Origin: Camelus dromedarius | Taxonomy: Eukaryota | Reading direction: 5' to 3' | DNA length: 64,000 nucleotides | Assembly (NCBI RefSeq): GCF_036321535.1 | Contig: NC_087459.1 | Location: 27,342,001 to 27,406,000, forward strand | Program-made: the position numbers and the translations under genes | Notes under the pieces: model-generated | Told to the model about the DNA's origin: nothing | The model's input: only the letters and a program-made list of their open reading frames with translations | Database searches by the model: none | Shown here: positions 49,800 to 63,313 of the stretch, piece by piece | Layout: the number at the start of each line of letters is the position of its first letter | Position numbering within the stretch: the first letter of the stretch is position 1

Positions 49800-51960
49800 G
49801 TGAGACAGTGAACAACTGGTGAGTGAGGGAGACAGGGAGGCAGGGAAATGACCTCCTCTTTGGGAAAAGCTAGTGGTGATGCGTGGAGACTCATGGGAAG
49901 TTCCTAAGGGGATGGAAGGTTCCGGAGAAGGCAGGAGGGTGTTTAAGGATGGGGAAGAGTTCCACATTCTCACAGGTAGAAGGGAAGGAATGGGTAGGAA
50001 CGGCAGAAGAGAGAGATGGATGACTGAGCGAGGTCTCTGAGGAGCAGACGGGCTCAGGGGAATAAGGGAGTTGGCGAACAATGGTCAGTGGAGAGTGGGG
50101 GAGGGCGGGGTGTATCCAACGACATCACGGTGGATAAAATCAGAAATGGGAAACAGGGTTGCATTGGAGGGTCTCCATCTTTCCCATAAGGTTAAGTTAT
50201 CTCCTGGGAGGCAGGAAGGAAGAACCTAGAGAAAGTCGTGTCCTGGAAGTGAAGCTGGGAAAAGGGTTTCCAGATAGTGGAAGCAGGTGGTGGGGCGGCC
50301 ATGAGGAGGGGGAGGCTGTGAGTATGGACTATTCTTTCAACAGTGTGAACGGAAAGGGCAGAGCTGGACATCCCGAGGAAGAGGCAGGGTGGGAGAGGGT
50401 TTTAAAGGTTGAGGGACACACAGGCATGTTGACAGGCTAAGAAGACAGAGGGGAGGGAAAATTACTGAAGACACAAGACAGCATGGGGACAAAAACAGAG
50501 CAACATCTCAGGGACACCATTGGGCAGGTCAGCATCCCAGCAGCGTCCTGTGGCCTCACCACACGGGCAACCCATGTTGAGGCTGCTGCCCCCACGAAAC
50601 CCCTACCTCCTATCACATGGTCACCCACCTGAAATTTGCACACCTGTTACTTTGGGATATAACTACAGGAATTTCCACTTATCCTAATGACATTTCATAA
50701 ATTGTCTTTATGACCATCTGTTCCGGTACAAGGACCAAGAAAACACTAAACCCCATCTAGAGTTTGCCAAGTCCCTTTTCGGTTCAGTTGTGTGCTGGGT
50801 ACGTGCCAGGTACGCGCCAGGGCATGTGAAAAACAAGACACTATCTTTGCACTCAAGATGCTTATAGGGTAGTGCGGGGGCAAACACTGACACAGACCAT
50901 TTTAATACAGTTTCACTATCGTGGCAGATGCTCTAAAGGAAGTGGACATTTCCCATTGCCCCAGAATTAGCAGCTGGGACCCAAAGCTGAGGCTCAACTG
51001 GTGACATGACTCCATATTCTAGAGTCAGCTCCCAACCAGCCTCCAAAGAGGCAGCCAGACCACCAGACTGCTCAACAAACCACTCAGGAATGTGCAGGAT
51101 GCCCAGAGGAGGGGGTGCCACTTAGCCAGCCCGGGGCTCAGGGGTGATGATGGCTGAGCTGACTTTTGGAAGATGAGCAGTAACTACCCCAGTGAAGTAG
51201 GGTAGTAAACGTGTTCTTGGAAGGAGGGGGGTAGGTGTGTGGCGGGTTGGTCTCAATAAGACATAAAGTCCAAGACAAGGAACGCTGGCAGGGGAACTGG
51301 CCAATCAGAGGTCATGGAGGAGAGGGCTTTGCAATGACCAGACTCGCAAGATCTGGGACTCGAATGGGATGGGAAGGTGTTCCAAACTATAGGCGCTCCC
51401 TCACCAATGAGGGGGTTCCTTACACACCACTCTTACCCCCAAGCTACAGCAGATGAAGCTGACCAATGGTAGGGGGCAGGCGCAGGTCCGAGTTTTAGAT
51501 GCTCCACTGGCACATGTGTGGAGGACAGCATTGAGGATGGCCAGGTTGAATAAGATCAGTGAGGAGGCTGCTGCAGTGGTACAGGTGTGAAATGATGAGG
51601 CCTGCCCACAAGCAATGAAAGAAGTAAAGAGGGGGAGAGCAGGGACAGGATGCACCTAGGAGGTAAAACCCAGCAAGTCGTGGTAACAGGACAGGGTGGG
51701 AGCAGCAAGAGCAGGTTGACTTGGGCAATTAACAGAGTCCTACTAGGGCAAGATGGGATGGAATCCCAGCACAGAGGCAGCGTTAGCTTCAGACAGGAGG
51801 GGAGACACCTTCCATTTTAACAGGCAGGAGGTAGAATGAATGGGTTTGAGTTCCAATACATTTGGAAGTCCAGGGGCGGAAACAGAACATTTGCACCTGC
51901 TGACTTTGGTTTTCTGTGTAAAGTACAAGCCCAGCAAGCAAGAGAGTCACTGAGCAGTGC
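49800..51960 (-). mobile_element. L2 fragments
   Basis: Purine-rich antisense L2 motifs (gtatggactattctttcaa; gaggaggctgctgcagtggtacaggtgtgaaatgatgagg). Confidence 0.6.
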
Positions 51961-52579
51961 TGGAGGCCCAGTGGAGGCTGTTTTGTCTTTTGATTTTGTT
52001 TAGGCTATCTTTTCTTGTACTAAAACTTTTAATTTTTACGTAGCCAAATCAATCGACTTTTCCTTTATAGCTTCTACGTTGCATGGCATGCTTTAAAAAG
52101 CTTCCCCTCTATATGACAGTTTAAAACAAACAAAACAAAATAAACAAAACAAAAACAAGGCAGGGCCATATGGGCTGATATAAACAACACCCAAGATGTA
52201 TATTGTTAAGTGAAATAGCACAGCACCTCCACGTTGGCGATATGCCTGCAGACGCACGGTCTTAGGACACTGGGAAGCTGATTGGTTGGAGTGGATGCTA
52301 GGAAGTTCCCGGGGCAATGGATGGGAGGGTATGAGCAGGATGAGCTGATGGCAAGGACCCCACTGGCCACGGGGAGAGAGATACAGAGCAGGTCCTGACC
52401 CCAGGAACAGAGATCACCTGGGATCAGAGGAGGGTACACGGATACACTATATTTTGTACTAAGGTTTGTAATAAACTTACATCATTCTAAGGTACAAGGC
52501 ATTGACAAGGGTACTCTGCTAACAGGACCCTGGCTTTCTGCTTTCAGGGTCTAATTAACCTTCACCATAAGGCTACGCA

Positions 52580-52840
52580 GCATCTCACAACATCATACTA
52601 AGTGGAAAAGCGAGACATAAAATTGTTTATACTGTGAGCACAATTTTAAAAAATTATTAATATATATGTATGTGTCTATATATGTGTATATATATTTGTA
52701 GGCAGAGTATTTATTTATAGGTAGAAACTGGAAAGAAATACACTAAAATGTATTTTTAGTAGTTATCTGTGTGGGATTTTAAAACTGTTTTTCTAGATTT
52801 TCTACAATTGGCATTAACATTATTAACAGAAAAAATGTCA
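52580..52840 (+). mobile_element. L1ME-like 3' end
   Basis: actaagtggaaaag...aaactggaaagaaatacactaaaatg...ttttctagattttctacaat. Confidence 0.65.
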
Positions 52841-53818
52841 TTGAAAATAATCACTGGAATGAGCACGCATCAAAGGCATTTTACAAAAATAGACTTTCTG
52901 GAAAAAGATACCTTGGCAACATACCCTGAGAATTTGAATTAAAAAAAAATATTCTGCTTGATTCATGGGGTAATTGTGGAAAGAACATGAGATTTACAGG
53001 ACCCGGATTCAGGCTACTTAGAAAAGTGTTAACTCCCTCAGTTTCCTTATATAAAATAAGTGTGAAAATAATAAAACTTGCTTCATGTGGTTGTTGTAGA
53101 GACCAAGTGAGACACCGCAGATGAGAAAAAAGTTCTGTCAATCAATTAAACCCTGTTCCTTTAATGCTACTAGTCATGCTACCTTTTACTCTTCTACTAA
53201 TGCATCGACGTCTATACCCAATTCAAAGTGAAACTGCGATTGTAAAAACCCAAGGCCAATTCTTGACTAATCAGCCACTTTGATTTCATAAAACAGGTAT
53301 TAAAGTCAGGCTTTGGCTTTATTATTGAGCCTGTATCATAACAGGATGACCGTCTCCAGTTTCCCCATATTCTAACTCAAAAAGCATTGGTAGGGCCAAG
53401 AGGACTGCTTCCCTGACAAGCAGTCCCGGACACCCAGCCTCAGGGTTCCACGATCTTCCTGGAAGCCAAGGCCATGTTCTCTGCTTGCCCACAGTTATTT
53501 GAAGCTTCCAGGCATTCTCCACCCACAATGGCGTGTAACCTTTTCTGTACCAAACCCAAAGACATTCCGTTTTTTAGAATGCCTACCCCTGTGTCTACAT
53601 CCCTCCTTCCCTCTTACTGCAGGGTTGGGAAGCGTCCCTCTTCCCGTTGAGGCCAGACTCTCCAAAGGATTCCTGGCCTGAGCTTTCCTGTCTTTTAAAG
53701 CCATCATCTACCTGGGACATAGAGCACCATCAGATCCCCACTAGACCAGACTAAAACAAACTCCCAGTTCCCACTCTCGGTCACCTATAGTCTATCCCTA
53801 TATTCAGCCAGAAAAATC

Positions 53819-56720
53819 TTTTTTTTTTTTTTTAAGTTGAGATATAATTCAGATACGACGGAATTCACCATTTTACACTCCCATCAGCAAAGTACGAGGG
53901 TTCCAATTTCCTTGATGGAAATGCTAGGCCCAAGAGGATGATGGCTTTGAAACATCTACGTTTCCTTCTAAGAGTCTTACCGGTTTAGATTTGACATTTA
54001 GGTCTTTGATCCATTTAGAGTTCATTTTTGTATAAAGCGTGAGGTAAGGGTCCAAATTCATCTTTTGCAAATTGATACTCAGTTGTCCCAGCACCATATA
54101 TTGAAAAGACTATTCATTCCCCCATTGAATGGTCTTGGTACCCTTGTCAAAAATGAACCGATCATAGCCATACGGGTTTCTTTCTGGACACTCAATTCTA
54201 CTCCACTGATCTACGTTTCTGTTCTTATGCCAGTACCACACTATCTTGATTACTGTAGCTTTGTAGTAAGTTCTGAAATTGGCAANNNNNNNNNNNNNNN
54301 NNNNNNNNNNNNNNNNNNNNNNNNNNNNNNNNNNNNNNNNNNNNNNNNNNNNNNNNNNNNNNNNNNNNNNNNNNNNNNNNNNNNNNNNNNNNNNNNNNNN
54401 NNNNNNNNNNNNNNNNNNNNNNNNNNNNNNNNNNNNNNNNNNNNNNNNNNNGCCAGGTTAACAACATAAAGTCTTCTGACCCATGAATACAGGNNNNNNN
54501 NNNNNNNNNNNNNNNNNNNNNNNNNNNNNNNNNNNNNNNNNNNNNNNNNNNNNNNNNNNNNNNNNNNNNNNNNNNNNNNNNNNNNNNNNNNNNNNNNNNN
54601 NNNNNNNNNNNNNNNNNNNNNNNNNNNNNNNNNNNNNNNNNNNNNTTTTTGGATTTTTCATAACTTGTGTATAGAAATATAACTGATTTTTAAAATATTG
54701 ATCTTGTTATCCTGAAACCCTGCTTATTTATTAGTCTAATAGTTTTTTTTTTTAATTTTTTCTTTTTGGTTGTCATTGTTGGACTCTTTAGAGTTTTCTA
54801 TATATATAAGATTACATTATCAACCAAAAGATAGTTTCACTTCTTCTTTGCCAACCTGGATGCCTTTTATTTCTTTTTCTTGCCTAACTGCTTTCATTCT
54901 AACCTCCAGTACAATCCTGAATAGAAGTGGTAAGAATAGACATCTTTGTTTTATTCCTGGTCTTAGGGGGGAAACCTTCAGTCTTTCACGATTAAGGATG
55001 ATGTGAGTTGTGGGGTTTTTGTAGATGCTCTTTACCAGGCAGAAGAATATCTTAATTTCCCCTTCATTTTTGAAGGACAGTTTTACCAAATACAGAATTT
55101 TTGATCGGCAGTCCTTTTTCTCCTTTCGTCACTTTCACTGTGGCTTCCCACTGCCTTCTGGCCTCCGTGTTTTTGTTTTGTTTTGTTTTTATGAGGAATC
55201 AGCTGTGAATCTTACTGAGGGTCCCTGTACCTAATGAGTCACTCTTCTTTTGCTGTTTTCTCTTTGTCTTGGGCTTCTAATGGTGTGATTGTGATGTGTG
55301 TAGGTGGGGTCTCTTTAACTTTATCCTACTTGGAGTTCGCTGAGTGTTTTGGATGTGTAGATGAATGTTTTATCATCAAATCTGGCATGTTTTCAGCTAT
55401 TATTTATTTTCAAATATTCTTTCTGCAACCTCCTCCTTCTCCTTATGGGACTTCCATTATGCGTATGTCAGGTTACTTGATGGTGAACCACAGGCTTCTG
55501 TCCCAAAAGTTCGTTTATCTTCATTCTTTTTCTTTCTGCTCCTCAGACTGGATAATCTCAACTGACCTATCTTCATGTTCGCAGATTCTTTCTTCTGCCT
55601 CCTCAAATCTGCTGTTGAGCCCCTCCAATGAATACATTTGTTTGAACTGTTACACTTCTCAATTCCATAATTTTCTTTCGGGTTCCTTTCAGTAATTTCT
55701 GTCTATTGATTGTTTGTATGTGAAACTCCATTTTCAGACTTTCCTTTCATTCTTTAGATATGGTTTTCTTTAGTTCTTTGGACAAATTTAAAGTATTTGT
55801 CCAGCAATTCCAGCTCCTAGGCTTCCTCAGGATTCGTTTCTATTAATTGCTTTTTTCCCCGCGTATGGATTATATTTCCTTATTGTCTCTTTGCATGCTT
55901 CATCATTTTTGTTGAAAACAGGACATTTCAAATAAGATAATGTGGCAACTCTGGAAGTCAGATTCTGCCCCTTTCATAGGGTTTGTTGTTGCTGCTTATT
56001 TTAGTTGTTTGTTAAGTGACTTTCCTTAAGTAATTCTGCAGTCTCCATTCTGTGTTATGTGTGCCCATTGAAGTCTTTGTTCAGTGAACTTTAGTGGTCC
56101 GCTAATGATTAGACAGATATTTCCTTAACCCCCTGGAAACAACAGATCTCCTACTCTTTGCTGAGGGGCTCTGTATGCATGTTAGGGCATATCTTTAACA
56201 CTCAGCCAGGCAGTTTATAACTATGCCTCAACTTTAATGCTTGCACAGAGCTTCAGTGTCAATCAGAGGTGAGAGATTATTGCCTTCTCAAGCACACAGC
56301 CATCACATGGACATGGATTCCATGCACATGTCAGAAATTTTTGTTTTGTTTTGTTTTTGTTCATGGAGATACTAGGGATTGAACCCAGGACCTTGTGCAT
56401 GCTAAGCATGTACTCTACCACTAAGCTATACCCCAACCCTCCTGTCAGAGCTTTTTAAAGCCCTCTATGGACACCTCATTCCTCAACCTCTCCTTTTTAG
56501 TTTTAGGTTGGCCTATTGTTTACTCCAACTGTTATCCCTTGCCTCAGGCAGCTGTGATGTCAAAGTATTCGACAAATGTTCCCAGAGAAGGCTTTTAGCA
56601 TTGGGACAGTTCAAGTAAGGTCAAAAAAGGACAAGCCTTCCAAGTGAGGCCTTTACGGGATGCACTAGACTGGTCAAATAATGACTATTCTGCACGATCT
56701 GGCTGCTGCCAGAAAACTTT
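53819..56720 (-). mobile_element. Decayed L1MB-like element with internal deletions: 3' end, ORF2 RT region, ORF1, 5' region (N gaps 54286-54451 and 54494-54645)
   Basis: Minus ORF 54820-55089 encodes an ORF1-like KLSFKNEGEIK followed by an RT-like IYKNPTTHIILN...LLFRIVLEV...RQEKEIKGIQVGKEEVKLS; poly-T at 53819-53833. Confidence 0.9.
56341..56440 (-). mobile_element. Vic-1-like SINE (short-tail type) nested in the L1
   Basis: Sense ggggtatagcttagtggtagagtacatgcttagcatgcacaaggtcctgggttcaatccctagtatctcca, then an (AAAAC)n tail; degenerate TSD tgtcaga..ttttt. Confidence 0.9.
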
Positions 56721-56739
56721 CAACTTCATCTCCTATCCT

Positions 56740-57180
56740 TCTCTGCCTCACTCACTCTGTGTCAAATACTCAGGCATTCTTGTAGTTTCTTGAACAAGCT
56801 TGTTCCTGTCTCAGGGCCTTTGCCCATACTGTTCACTCTGCTTGTAAAACTCCTCCCAGTGATCTCTGCTTGGCTGGTTCCATCATTTCATTTTGGTCTA
56901 TGGTTAAATGGTATTTCATCAAGGAGGTTTTCTAACTACCCTCTCTAATATAACCTCCTTCTCACCTAGTTCCCATTTCTAATACTCACTAATCTCTTTC
57001 TCCTTTTTTTCCAATAGTACTTTTCACACCCAGGCATCATATCATATATGCACTTGCTATTGTCTGATTTCCCTGTTGGAACCTAAATTCTATGGGGATG
57101 AACTCTGTCTAACTACACTGTATCCCCAGATCCTGGATCACTGCCCAGATCCACTAACAAATACTTGCCTAAAAATAAAG
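56740..57180 (+). mobile_element. L2a 3' end
   Basis: ctcagggcctttgcccatactgttcactctgcttg...actgtatccccag...caaatacttg. Confidence 0.8.
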
Positions 57181-57829
57181 TCGCTTCCTATGATGGATTT
57201 GTATTCTATCAGATTAATAAAACTGGACTGTACTTCCCAGAATTCCCTTCCTTCTGTAGTTCCAAATTAGCATGAGATACTTTCCCAAGATTTGGGAGGC
57301 AGTCATGAAGGAGCGGCCAGGTTCTTTTATGCTCAGAAGTTGTTGCAGGGTAACCATGCCTGGTTGCAGTCACTTGTCTGCTGGGTCACCTGGCTGCCCT
57401 GGAGCAGCAGCCGGGCCTGCAGCTCCTCCAGTTCTAGCTTCTCTAACTCCCAGGCCAGATGCATATTTAGCTCTGTGACAAAGAACACCAGTCCCCAACA
57501 TGACACCCTCAGTATCCAAGTTGGAGGAATGGAGTCAGTGAGAAATTGACATGGATTCAAGTCTATCCTTGTGGGTTCCAGCTCAGCCTACAAGGTTCCA
57601 GCTTTTTCTGGCCTCCCACACTTCACATCCCCCTTCCTTTCCCAATGGGCCTATGGCCTTCAAGGTCCCACACCAGACACAGAGACAACAACTTCACATA
57701 GACAGGGTAATGGGCTCCCACAAATGCACGAGGTCAAATCTTTATCACCATCTCGTTTCATGTATCTCCAGTGGTTCTGCTTCTCTCATTGAACCTAACT
57801 AATACAGCCCCTCTGTCCTATAACTCCAA

Positions 57830-59207
57830 GCATTCTCTATTAGTTTATCCCTATCTGCTTTTTGAAAAAGTTCCCCAATTTAAACAATAAATCCCCTCCT
57901 CAGCCTCACACACTTTCAACTACAGCCCCCTCCTCCATTTCCCAGTCAAATTTCTTGAAAGACCTATATTCATTTACTGTGTTCATTTCACCAACTCCTC
58001 TTGCTTTTGCTGGGTCAACAATAATCTCCATTTGTAAAATCCAAAGAACATTTTTTTTAAGTTCCATCTAACTAGAGCTTGCAGCTCTAACCTCCATGAA
58101 ACTCTCTTCCCTTGGCCCCAACAGCACCAAGCTTCCTGGTTTCCCTCCTTTCTCTCTTCATTTTTGTTTCCTTGGCTGGCTTCTTCTTGATCTGTGACCT
58201 CAGGGCAGACACAGACCCCCTTAGCCTCCTGCACTCTCTACTTTAGGGACCTCCTCCACCCCCATGCTTCCAATTACCAGCCATATGCCAACATAACTTT
58301 CATCTCGCTGATCTCCAGATCTTCTTAGCAATATCCACAGTGACCTCAGACTGAACATGTCACAAATCCTCCCCGATGTCCCTGCAACCTAATGATACCA
58401 TTGTGCTTTCGGCTGTGGCCAAAACCAGAATCCTGAGGATCATCCTTGACAATGGTCCTTGTCACATCTCACCAATGACTAAGTCCCCGTAACTCAGTCT
58501 TGTAATGTCCCCCCATCCCATCCATTTCTGTCTCCATGGTCACCACCCTCATCCTCTGACCCCTTGCCCCCACGTCCCATTCTTCACAATGAGGCCTCCC
58601 TTACAGCCTGTCCTACCACCTCATTCAAAAATTTATGGGGTCACAACCATATGCCAAAAGGACCTTTAAAAAGTGCAGGGGCAGTCATGGCATTCTTCTG
58701 CCTTTGAAGGTTTTCCACAGTCCTTAGGATAAAATATAACACTCTCAACACGGCTTCAAGGTACATCTGTCCTGTCTCTTCATCCCCACCCTGAGCCCCT
58801 GAACCCCCTTGTCCACCCTGAAGGCACGCCACGCCACGCCATTCCTGGAATGGCAGCATCTTCTCCACCCTCCTTTGCACCCAGGAGTGTTCTTGACCTT
58901 CTCTTCCTGCTAATTCTTGCTCTTCCTTCAGCTCTCGGCCTGAACCTCCCTTCCTGCCATCCCCAGACCAGGCCAGTTTTCCTATTATTCCGCTACCGGC
59001 CCCCAACCCACCCCCAGCACCTATTCTTTGTTATGGCCGAATCATGTCTGAACCATGTTTGTCATTGCATGTTGGGCATCTGTCTACCCACCAGACCCGT
59101 GAAGGCGGCACTTGGTCCTGGCTTGTCCACCCACCATTTATGCCAGCAGGGCTGGCCCAATGCCTACTCATGGCAAGCAATCAATAACTGCCTGTTAGAT
59201 AAATAAA
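57830..59207 (+). mobile_element. L2 LINE, long degenerate segment
   Basis: cctcagactgaacatgtc...gccaaaaccagaatcctgaggatcatccttgac...gcaatcaataactgcctgttagataaataaat. Confidence 0.75.
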
Positions 59208-59394
59208 TTTAGAAGGTTTGAAAGCTACTTATCTAGGTCAATATCCCCATTTTACACACACAAAAAAATCCAATACAAACAAACAAAAAAATTCTGTAGC
59301 CCAGAGGGAATTAATATTCTTATTTTCCAGGAAACAAGGGTGTTAGTTGTTTCTGCAGGTCTTTGACCTTGGAATGCTTGAAGAGGCATTGACA

Positions 59395-59596
59395 TAGACA
59401 GGGAACTATATTCAATATCTTGTAGTAACTTATGGTTAAAAAGAATATATGTATGTTCCTATATGACTGAAGTATTGTGCTGTGCACCAGAAATTGACAC
59501 AACATTGTAAACTGACTATATTTCAATAAAAATATATTAAAAAAACATGAGGATACAACTTTATACCAATAAATTTGACAATTCAGATAAAAAAAA
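59395..59596 (+). mobile_element. 5'-truncated camelid L1 with 43-nt 3' transduction
   Basis: 14-bp TSD AAGAGGCATTGACA (59381-59394, 59597-59610); L1 3' end, A-rich tail, extra segment with AATAAA, second poly(A). Confidence 0.9.
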
Positions 59597-60589
59597 AAGA
59601 GGCATTGACAGATAGATACATACACACACGCGAACATTCCAAATACACCTGCTACAAAACTCATGAACAGAAGCAAATTATTCTGACCATGCACCCAAAT
59701 CCTCTTTGCTAATGTGTCCCCAGACTGCTGCCCTGGAGGGATCTGCTGCTAATCCAACCCCGCTCTGCTGGTCAGGCGAGGCCAAGGTACACGGGATGGG
59801 GCATGCTATTCAAGGACTTTGGGAGTGAGGCTGGAGGATTTCAATGAACTCCAAGCGACAAACACTAGTACATGAGTGCAGGGCAGAGTTAAGGGTGGAA
59901 GACCATGGGCTACACGTCTCCAGGGGCCACCAGGCTGGAGCCCGAAGACAAGCCCCAAGCTGGCTTCCTAATCCTGGCTGTGCTCTCCCTCCCAACAGGG
60001 CTGCTGCTTAGGGGTCCCCTGATCTCTCCCCACACAGGGAGATGGCAGAACTTACCCTCCAGCCCCCACAGCGTGGACAGAACAGAATGCCCAGACAAGG
60101 GCTCTGAACTGGGCTTGGAAGGCAACCTGCGCTTTCTGGTCTGCATCATGGGAGTTGCAGCCTCCAGCCTCCCTGGGCCCCGCCCCTCCCCGGGCTGCAG
60201 CTGTGCTCCCCTTTCTTCAAGCCTGGTTTCTGTGAGAAGTTGCCATCACCATTGGCTCTGAACCCTCTGCATCTGCTTGTAGCCTTCTCTGCCTGCTCAA
60301 GTTGCTTTCTTGGTCGTCATAACTCACTGTCAAGTTCAAAGACCTCCCCTCAGGGTTAGACACTCCTCCCCGAAGCGCTGTCCTTCCACACCGTCTGTCT
60401 CAATTTCCTTCTGTGCCCCCAGCCTCCTCACGAGCCCCTCCTCGGCTCTGTGGGCACTCCCCGGATACCCACCCTTGGTCCTGCCTGCCAGTCACCCCCC
60501 AATTCCTCATTCCCACCATCACCTCCCCTCTCTCCTCCAAGCCTACTTTTCTCTCTCTTTTCCTTTAATTTCAATACAGAAAAGCAGAG

Positions 60590-60885
60590 AAAAGGGGCTG
60601 TCTTTTTATTTATAATGCCATCTTTTGTGGACAAAGTTGACAAATGTTTAAAATATTTTCCTTTATGTTGGCACTTTGGGTGTCATATTTAAGAATTTTT
60701 TCCCTGCTCTAAGATCATAACGATGCTTTCTCCTATTTTCCTCTAAAAGTTTCCAAGTCTTGGTTTTCACAGTTAGGTCTTTAATACACTTGGAATTTAT
60801 TTTTAGTGAAGGTATAAAGTAAGAATCTAATTTTATTTTTCTCTATGGAAAACCAGCTACTTCAGCATCGTTTATTGACAAATCT
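60590..60885 (-). mobile_element. Old L1 ORF2 fragment
   Basis: ttttcctctaaaagttt...ttaggtctttaatacacttggaatttatttttagtg...cagcatcgtttattga. Confidence 0.75.
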
Positions 60886-63134
60886 GTCTTAGTGTCAGTT
60901 CCCACAGAAGCAGACTCGAAAGAGTCAAGGATTCTAGAGCAAATAGCTGACTGGGGAGGAGCCCCAGGCCACCCTGGGGAAGGGGTCAGGAAGGTGAGAG
61001 GAGAAATTTCTCTTACTATCTGATGAGCCTTTCTGTGCATCTGTGAGGATATTTGTTCTCTTTATCTCTGGTTTCTGTGTTTGTGGCAACAGGGTGTTCA
61101 GGTTGTCTGGTCCACGATGAGGTGGCAATTCAGTCTCTAGCCCACGACCTCTCCCCCAGGAGCCCAGCTGGTGCCTCTCACCTGCTCCCCCTCACACTGC
61201 GCCCTGCAGATCTAGGGTGACCAACACACACAATCTGGGCCCAACCTTCCTTCCCAGCTTCATTTCCTCTGGGCCTGACTCCCTTTCCAACCGTATCCCC
61301 AAACTCTTTCTGTTCCCAGAACCTTGATCTCTTTCCTACCTCCAGGCCTTTCCATACAATGTGTTTGTTTTTCCTTGAATTTTTTCTTTGGTGCCCTCCG
61401 CTGTAAGGCTTCTTCAAGGAACGGCTCACACTGACCTGCCCTGTAAGCTTATCCTCCCCACCTATCAAGAGTCCTTCCTGCCTCCCTAGCCCCCCTGCAG
61501 CAGACCCCAGCCCATCCGCAGGTGCGCTCGTCTAGTTGTTGAGGGGTCTCTCTCCTCCGTGAAGCTAGGGGCAAAGCTGGGGTCTTTCTTGCATCCTGGA
61601 CCCAACAGAGAGCCAGCCCAGGCTGCTGGTCCCTCCCCTGACCCCCGCACCATGTGCCACAGTCCTGGAGGTGCTGTCTGCGAGTGGAAAGTGAGACCCT
61701 CCGCCACCACATAGACAGAAGGCCCTCGGCCCCAAAGTAAGTGGCCAAGGCCGAGTGGCCCCGGGCAATGTGGAGCCCAGGCTCCAGAGGGGAGCCCACC
61801 TTGCTTGTGTCTGCAGGAGTGGGTGGGGCAGGGCTCCTGGCAGAGACCCCCAAGGAGTGAATGACTGGAGGGTGGCCAAATGCAGCCCGAATAAGAGGGA
61901 GCAGGGTTAAGGGGAGATCTGCTTGGCCGCCCCTCCAGATGAGGGCACCCCAGGCACAAAGCTCCACCTGTCAGGCTCCACGCAAACCCTCTGCCCCCCC
62001 AACCCACCCCCAACCCCGTCCTCCCAGGCCTGGCCCTGTGCCTCCACTAGCAGCTGCCGCCTCCCCCAACCCCCTCCCGAGGCCTTTGGTCCTCTTTCCG
62101 GGGACAGCTGCACCACGCCAGTGGTAGGAGGGGCTCCTAACAGCAACCTTCAAATCTCTGGAGCTTCACCAGTAGCCAGAGGCAAAGTGCCCCATGGCAC
62201 CTGAGTGTCCTCGACTTGAGTGACAAGCAAAGGACCAGTGCTTCCAGCTCACCAGTGGACCAGAAGCTCTCTTCAAGGCCCCCCTCATCCTCTCTGAGGT
62301 CCTCTGGCTCAGCTCCACACTGCAGCTCTGCCCAGGACCCTTGCCCTCCCTCCGCAGAGCCTTCTGGACAGCTGCAGCAGACCCAGACAGCAAGACAACA
62401 AAGCAAACAAACAGAATGAAATCCTAAAGAGAAATGCAAAGAAGACTATTTTCTAATTTTTTATAAAGGCAACACCCAACTTCTTGTAGAAAATTATTTA
62501 GACATGTATATATAAATTTATATATAATGCAAATTTATATACGCATGCATGTATAAATTTATGTGTGCATATATATAAATACAAATGTTGGCTGTGCCCT
62601 GGCAGAGCCAGGGGGACTGGGGTACAGTCAGTGACTGTGTCTGCGTTTCCATGAGGGTAGAACGTGGACTGTGTTCACGCCACAAACCATGAGAATAAAT
62701 GGAGGGTGAGGACTGTCAACAAAATGAACACTCAGGTATCCTAGAAATGGCTACAGGTAGAGAGATGTCACCTGAACGGGTTGTGACAGGTGTGTGCACA
62801 AAAGATGGTCTGGAGCCCTGATGGATTTGACTTGATCATGAATGTGAACTCCCTGGCATGAGAGGCTTCTTGAATTTTGTGGCCTTGGTCCCTGGTGCAA
62901 AACGCGTGAGAATAAATTTCATACATTTTGCATTTCCTAGCATGCTCAGAGTCAGATGTCCCAGCCCTAATGAAGACAGAAACCTTTAATTAAATAATCA
63001 CATAGGGAAAGCGAGGGCCCAGCCCAAGCTGTAGCCTCCACTTTCTGATCATTCTTCCGACCCAGGTGATGAAATCCTGGGAAAACTGTCCTAGCTGAGA
63101 CAGGTATGACTGTGCAGCAGCTAAGGAGATGTAT

Positions 63135-63313
63135 TTTTTTTTAATTTTTTTTTATTGAAGTATAGTTGATTTACAGTGTTGGTTTCAAGTGCAGAGCAGT
63201 GATTCAATTATACATACATATATGTTTTCTCTTTTCAGATTCTTTTCCATTATATGTTATTACAAGAAACCTTGTGCTATATCTATTATAAATATAGTAA
63301 TGTGTGTCTGTTA
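63135..63313 (-). mobile_element. 5'-truncated cetartiodactyl L1 3' end
   Basis: Poly-T then ttgaagtatagttgatttacagtgttgg; TSD AAGGAGATGTAT at 63123-63134 and 63314-63325. Confidence 0.9.

Noticed and set aside
53150-53300. Possible NUMT (gactaatcagcc resembles the mitochondrial control region)
   Set aside because: The similarity is only about 12 nt and does not extend.
62586-62990. Possible ERVL/MaLR-like LTR (also 60885-61000)
   Set aside because: LTR-like motifs are present but I could not support family or boundaries well enough to list it as a feature.
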